The notes beneath the pieces were generated by a model that was given only the letters and a program-made list of their open reading frames with translations, ran no database searches and was not told the DNA's origin. Shown here one piece after another: positions 57,376 to 64,000 of a DNA stretch of 64,000 nucleotides (positions are counted from its first letter, which is position 1; the number at the start of each line of letters is the position of its first letter). The position numbers and the translations under genes are program-made. The DNA comes from Klebsormidium nitens (taxonomy: Eukaryota > Plantae > Klebsormidiophyceae): positions 336,243 through 400,242 of the forward strand of contig DF236966.1 in the NCBI GenBank assembly GCA_000708835.1, written 5' to 3'.

Positions 57376-59816
57376 ATGGCTCCCACCAGCATTCTTATCA
57401 TCGGCGCCACTGGTTACATTGGGCGGCACATTGCCCTGGCAGCCGCAGCGGCGCCCGAGGTTGCGGCATTTGCCCTCATCAGCAAGGCGACAGCTGGCAA
57501 GCTGGAGAGGAAGGAGGTGCTGGACCAGCTGCGCAGCGCAGGCGTCCAGTTTCTGGAGGTGAGATAAGAGTATCATCTTTTAACATGTGAGCGTTGCTCT
57601 GGAGGAGCTCTGGAGGCGCCTTGGAATCTAGGAATAAGCTCCCCTTCGTAGTTTGCAGTGCCGTCACATGATTCGAGAGCAGTCGCATCTCCCAAGCTGT
57701 TGCCTATGATTCTCAAAAGTTACTTCCCAGCCTATTACAAGGTTAAGCTTGTCAGAGCTTGCTCCACTTTCTGCGGAACAGAGCCTTTGGAGGGGAATAG
57801 GAGTCTTCAAAGTTGCAACAAGGCTCACGAATCCCTGCAGCCTTAGCACTGACTTGGAGTGCCCTGATGTCTCCGCAGGGAGACTTGTACGACCACTTCA
57901 GTCTAGTTGCGGCGCTGAAGCAGGTGTCAATAGTGATCTCCACGGTGGGCTATGCCCAGCTGAGCGACCAGACCAAGATCATTGACGCCGCCAAGGAGGC
58001 TGGGACGATCACGCGGTTCCTACCGTCTGAGTTTGGGCTTGGCCCCAGGTGAGAGCTTGCTTGACTAGGCGCTCAAGATAGCGGAGTAGTTGCTTACAGA
58101 AATGTGATCAGAAAAGTCTTCAAGTTCGAAGCAGGTACTGATAAGATCACAATATGTGGTGGGTGCAGAGTGGATCCTTTGCATGAGAGGGTCCAGCAAG
58201 GCCTTTTCTCCACCTCAGACTTCTCCTCAGCGCTTTGGATGCACCCATGCCTGCAAGTTACAGTTCCAAGGGCGTCACTCTTCTGACACCTTCCCCTCAC
58301 ATCGACGCCATCCGTCGTTTGTCAAGCTAGATTTTACAAGCTGCCGGTTCAAGACATCATGCAGTCTCGCTCGTCCCTGCTGTGTGCTCCCCACTGATCC
58401 TGCATTCTTGTCGCATATGCAGTGAGAAGACAATCGAGGCATTTGGGGACCTTGCTCCGATCTGGGCGATCAAGAAGACAGTGCTTCCCGCACTGATCGA
58501 GTCAGGCATCCCTTACACAGTTGTTTGGTCCAACTGTTTTGCCGGCTACTCTCTGCCGGGTCTTGGCGCACTAGGACCTCCCGTTGCGGACGAAGTCACG
58601 GTCTTTGGCTCAGGGGACGTGAAGGGTGCGCATCTCTCGTCGCTGCTACAGACTATCGTATGAAGGTCGGAACGGAACCATATTGTGATGCGTATAAAGC
58701 CCAAGCCTCACTTGAGCATTGGGATATTCTTGCTGTCAAACAATCTCCTTACCAACCGCAACAGTTTAGATGCTGTTTGGCATCTTGCCGTATCGTCGTT
58801 TGGATAAAGTTCTGGTCTCTAAGCCGCAGTCGCCCTATGTGTTGGGCGTTCCAAGCTTTGGCGTGTGATTTTAGGAGGTGGAAAGTCTTTGATCTGGCAG
58901 GAGAGCTTCTTCCGATCTGCAGACACCATTTGCGCTTAGTACTTCCTGCAAGCTTGACGCATTTCAATCAGAATTCGGAGTTGCTCCATCCAACCCCGAT
59001 TGTCTCCTAGCGAAACCCTCAAAACCCGTGCTAACCGCCGCATAGGCGTGATTGTCGACGAGGGGAACATCGGGACGTACGCGATCAAAGCGGCGCTCGA
59101 CCCTCGCGCCGCCAACAAGACGGTTCACTTGGAGCCCCCGCAGAATGTCGTCACCCAAAACGAGCTGATTGCACTTGCGGAGAAGGTCCGGGGAAAGACG
59201 TACAAGCGTCGAACCGTGTCTGCCGAGGAGCTTATTCAGCAATATCAAAGTGAGTATTGGAACTGACACTGCCAGTCTTACCAACTTTCGGAATGACTCG
59301 GATGAAGTTCCAAAGTAATCAAGCAGGACTGAAACCGTTATTGCCAAGACCAGGGACGGGCCATGCTGCATTTGTGGCTTCGAGAACGAGTGCTTCGACA
59401 GACATTGCAGAAGCGCATTGGGTTGGAACGTAGCATGCAATACTTCGCCGAAGCCGGCACCTTTCGCTGTTCGCACAACGCTTTGCGAAGTGAATGTTTG
59501 CCGCAACCGTATAACCTGTTGTTGCTTATATAGGCGCGTATCTCGCTCGCTCAAACTTATATTATATTATTTCAGATACTTTCAGTGCGGCTTGTGGCTC
59601 GAGCAGACAACTGAAGCAAAGCAGCAACAACCCGAAACTCAAAGGAGATTTTCCTTCTTGGCAGCTTTCGACCCGTCTATCAAGTTCTTGCCCTACCTCA
59701 ACTACGCCATCTGGATTGGCGGTGACTCGTTTCACCATCCACTGCCTGAGGGCCACGTGTCATCCGTCGACCTGTACCCGGATGTGGAGTACAAGTCAAT
59801 TGCTCAGCTTCTTTAG
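57376..59816 (+). CDS. PIP-family (isoflavone reductase / PCBER / PLR-like, NmrA-fold) NADPH-dependent reductase, copy A, 303 aa, 5 exons
   Basis: Exons 57376..57558, 57879..58048, 58423..58625, 59046..59249, 59665..59816. Motifs: ILIIGATGYIG, GDLYDHFSLVAALKQVSIVISTVG, QTKIIDAAKEAG..RFLPSEFG, ESGIPYT, VFGSGDVK, DPRAANKTVHL, LYPDVEY. Confidence 0.95.
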
Positions 59817-60823
59817 GAATAGGTTCAGCTTTGAATATTGCAATATCAAATCTGAAGACATTGCGGCTGTACCCTGTCGCGGTCCTGGACACGTGTACAG
59901 CCTAAGTTAATGTTGGTACCTTCTAAGACAACCTGGTTTTTAATTTCTGAATCAATTCGAGGCTTAATGCAACAATTTCAGAAACCAACTTAGTTGCATT
60001 TGACTCGCTCGTGGGTTCCAGGATCCGCATTGCAAGACAAGTCGATCGTGCTGGGACTCAGCCATTAAGGGCTGCTGTGATTCAATTGTAGGTCCATATG
60101 GAGAGCTTAGAAACAAATTGTGTTATAAGATCAGGTCGATTGCGTGGGCTTGCAGGAACCTTAGTCGAGTCTGTTACATGTAGGATAAGATTACAATAGC
60201 TAGTAAGCCTTTAACTTTATAGCAACGGAAGAGTTGAGATGGATATTCAGGTAAGAGGTCGCGGTCATGAGAACCAGATGTTGCGTCGGCCAATAGTCTC
60301 AACAGGCTCTGATACGTTCTCAGTCTTGCCAAGCGAAACCGTGCATGACTAGTGATGATTGAAAACTTTCCTTCTGCAATTTCAGATCTATGCCTCTTGA
60401 TGAGATTTTAAGCCTGCACGTGCAGTATGACGGTCCGTGAGTGACATCAACTTGTTGCCATCGGACCTTGGATCCGTCCTAGTACCTCGTACATGCGCAC
60501 GCGTATAGAAACATGAACCGTCGTGTTAGTATAACGCGCCTGCTTGGCATGCATCGTATGCCACATGTCCCAGCAATGCGAAACCCAAAATGGGCCCAAA
60601 ATCTTGTCGATCACTTGAGGGACCGCTTCTTTGGCAGGCAGGTACCAGGCCCGATACAGAGGATACCATTGGGAAGGAAGTTAGTTCAATCAATCTGCCG
60701 TAGTGACAGCCTGACGTTGATTTAAATCAACTACAGCCTAGAGTATCCTTTCCTATCCTCTGTATCCTATTTACAGCAATGCTATCCAAGGCGTTATCTA
60801 GCACCATCAAAGCTGAACTTTTC

Positions 60824-63608
60824 CTAGAGAAGCTGAGCAAGCGTCTTATACTCCACGTCCGGGTAGAGGTCGACGGATGACACGTGGCCTTCGGGCAGTG
60901 GCTGGAGCGAGTCACCGCTGATCCAGATGGCGTAGTGCAGGTAGGGCAGGAACCTGATGGATGGGTCGAAAGCTGCCAAGCAAAGGCAATTGAAATTGAG
61001 TTTTCGGGGTTCTTCCCGCTCTGCATTCGATCTTCTGCTTCGCGCCGACAATCACCTTGAACAGATCTTCTCTCGTTTTGCGAGAGTGAGAGAACGTCTC
61101 TTCACAGGCGACAAGAGCATACGGGCAGGTTGTCACTTCGCAAAAGCGTAGTGTAGACAGCAACAGCTGCCTGCTTCGGCGAAGCACTGCATGAACTCCT
61201 CTGCATTCCTATGCTACCTGTCTATACCCAACTCGCTTCCGCAACAATTCTCGAAGCACTGGAACGCTCTCAGATGCACAAGTGCAGCACGGCCTGTTCC
61301 CCCTTCTTAGCCAATAAGGATATTAGTCTTGCTACTCAAGTTGGGGATCTCATCCGAGCTGTTCTGAAAGTTGGTATGAGTCGATACGTCGTTTCCGCCG
61401 CTCACTCTTGTACTGCTCGAAAAGCTCTTCGGCCGACACGGTCTTGCGCGCGTACGTCTTTCCGCGGGCCTTCTCCGCGAGCGCGATCAGCTCGTTCTGA
61501 GTGACGACGTTCTGCGGGGGCTCCACGTGGACCGTCTTGTTGACGGTGCGCGGGTCGAGCGCCGCTTTGATTGCGTACGTCCCAATGTCGCCCTCGTTGT
61601 TGAGAATGCCTGCGTGCAGGTTAGCACTGGGTTAAGGGTTTGGCTAGGTGAAATACCTACGTTCCATAGAAAGCAATACAGGGTTTAGAGTTTGGTCAAA
61701 CTAGGTTACGCTTGCAGCAAGGCTACCAGGATGAGATCGGCTGACATGAGTCTACGGCTGTATAAGGACGTCACCGCTCATGGGTTTGGTCAGGTCGTCA
61801 AACCTACGGCTGCATCAAGCAAACAACAGATTTGACTCTTGTCTGGACAGAGGCCTTTGGTCGGGGTTTAGCCAGCATTCGGCCAGCGATCCAGGCATCA
61901 AAGACACGGTTATGGACAGAGTTTGGAAGAAAGCGTCATTCTCTCCTCTCTGGAGGATTTGTGCTACAATCAGTTCGGACTTCAAAGCCCGACCAGGAGT
62001 TTGTCATGGAGGAAACATGCAGGCGACACTACGGCCTTATGCAGACAGCAAACGGAGCACCCGAAAACTTTGTACGATGGACATTGGACAGCACAAGTGT
62101 ATCAATGCACCCGAGTAAGGCTTTGACATGGTCACTGGAGCTCAGTACCATTCTGACCCTTTCACAACGGGTAAAAAGAGCGCCAGGAGATGCTCACCCT
62201 TAACGTCCCCAGAGCCGAAGACCGTGACTTCGTTCTCAACAGGGGGGCCCAGCGCGCCGAGACCTGGCAGGGCGTAGCCCGCAAAAGCGTTGGCCCAGAC
62301 GATTGTGTACGGGATGCCTGAGGCGCGCAGCGCGGGGAGCACCGCCTTCTTGACGTTCCACAGCGTAGCCAGCTCCCCGAAAGCCTGGATGGTCTTCTCA
62401 CTGCAGATTGGGTGGAGACGTCAGCGTCAGACGAACAAGCGGCAAGGAATCTTTGCTCAACTGTGCTTCAGAGTTGCACTTATTCTCACTCTGTAAGTAC
62501 ATATTTTCAAAGTTGGCCGCCACAGGAGCTCAAGTTCAGGCAAAAGGATGGACGACGAAGGGGGCAGCTCGATAGTGAATCAGAAAAGCCAGGACAGGTA
62601 TCCTGCAGGTCTGTGCGTCTGGAGCACTGGGAGGAGGCTACAGAATTCCCACAAGATACATCTAGGCATCCTTCTACGACCAGAAGCTTTGAGCGCTTAA
62701 TGTCGCAGATTACCTGGGGTCAAGGCCAAATTCGGACGGCAGGATACGTGTGATGGTTCCGGCCTCCTTGGCGGCGTCAATGATCTTGGTCTGGTCCGCC
62801 AGCTGGGCAAAGCCGACAGTGGAGATGACCACTGACACCTGCTTCAGCGCCGCAACTAGGCTGGCGTGGTCGTACAGGTCTCCCTGGAAGCAAATGGGGG
62901 CTCAAGGCTCAGTACTACGCTTCACTGGTGGTTTCAAAGATAAATCTCTCACTCTGCTTCACTCAGAATTCAACCAGCTGCACCCTGTAACTGGCTGGAA
63001 AATTTGCATATGTGCAAGGACCAAGCTCAGTGTAAGCGCAACCCCTTTTCCATCATCTAATCTGCTGAAGTGTATGCACCAGGTTGGCACCACCTTTTGG
63101 AAGCCCAGCGGCAGACTGACTTGCAACTTAGATCAAAACCGCCAGTCCGCAATAACCACATAGTTCAGCTTGGCTCGAAGTATTATACAGCCATCACCTA
63201 TTCAAGTCCACAATCTGGACCGAAAGGAGATCGCCTCATGCCGGTTCAGCTGCAAGCAGCAGGCTTCCAAGCTCAAAAACTGTGCACCACCACCATAGTC
63301 AATTCCTTCTTATTGCAGATTGTGGCTGCCGAAAAGGGAGCGAAAAGCAGCGCCTCCCAGCGATATACAAGCAATGCTGCAACAATGTTGAGCTCACTTG
63401 GCTTGAGACGGACCCCTCATCTCACCTCCAGAAACTGGACGCCCGCGCTGCGCAGCTGGTCCAGCACCTCCTTCCTCTCCGGCTTGCCAGCTGTCGCCTT
63501 GCTGATGAGGGCATATGCTGCAGCTTCAGGCGCCGCTGCGGCTGCCAGGGCAATGTGGCGCCCAATGTAGCCAGTGGCGCCGATGATGAGGATGCTAGTG
63601 GGAGCCAT
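60824..63608 (-). CDS. PIP-family reductase, copy B (inverted paralogue of copy A), 302 aa, 5 exons
   Basis: Exons 5'->3': 63426..63608, 62714..62883, 62198..62400, 61406..61609, 60824..60972. Exon sizes match copy A (183, 170, 203, 204) except the last (149 versus 152). Confidence 0.95.
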
Positions 63609-64000
63609 CTTGCTGACTGGGAAGCGGGTGAGAGGCTTGATTGAGCTGACTCGTGACAGCGGAAGCTGGAATGTTGAGTTTGTGAATTGTCCAAGGGCGA
63701 ATGCACTTTTAGAATGCTCTCAACGGAATGGGTTCCAGGATTATATACGGCAGATTGATCTGGAGGAAAGACCATCTTCTTAGCACCTCCTTCGACTCCT
63801 CCTTGGCGCAGTATTGCAACTCCTACCGCCATTCTGGTCAGCTGCAAATTCTACGGCTGAGGCCAGCAGTGGCACATATTATTATTAGTTGCTGGCAGCA
63901 TTGCGCCCTTCTCTGTACTGTTCAGCATGGCCGCTTCTCTGGCCGCCTGCACTTTCCCTTTCTCCAGTCCGTGTGCACACACACACGAGCCCGGTATAAA

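Noticed and set aside
60740-60770. GTATCCT motifs resembling U12-type donors (also at about 57323 and 62598)
   Set aside because: None coincides with an exon boundary on the relevant strand; all modelled introns are U2-type.

Overview
This is intron-rich eukaryotic nuclear DNA with plant-type homologues, GC3-rich exons, mostly GT-AG introns of about 80-1000 nt and CTRAC branch points. I infer a streptophyte alga, possibly Klebsormidium-like. I reconstructed exon chains by hand from splice consensus and phase, and every complete gene model sums to a multiple of 3. In order, the window holds: the 3' end of an unknown gene; a 19-exon DExH (DHX36/plant DExH1-3-5-like) RNA helicase (-) head-to-head with an 18-exon SPT5 (+); a degenerate tandem pair of orphan genes; an intronless F-box gene; a 491-nt N gap; a 12-exon ASG2/WDTC1-type WD40-TPR DCAF ending in a CaaX box (-) head-to-head with a 4-exon UBTD/DC-UbP-type gene (+); a second intronless F-box gene; a SpoU/TrmH methyltransferase (-); and an inverted tail-to-tail pair of PIP-family (IFR/PCBER-like) reductases. 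I recognised no rRNA, tRNA, CRISPR array or transposase. The most striking unexplained structure is a recurrent pattern of 'splice-junction echoes'. At 15 of the 100 splice junctions in the four long genes, the adjacent intron carries 1-6 decayed tandem copies of the junction (splice site plus the first or last 20-90 nt of the exon). Some copies have lost the GT or AG, and at least two look like in-frame nascent micro-exons. All alignments and counts are by eye; no database searches were possible.
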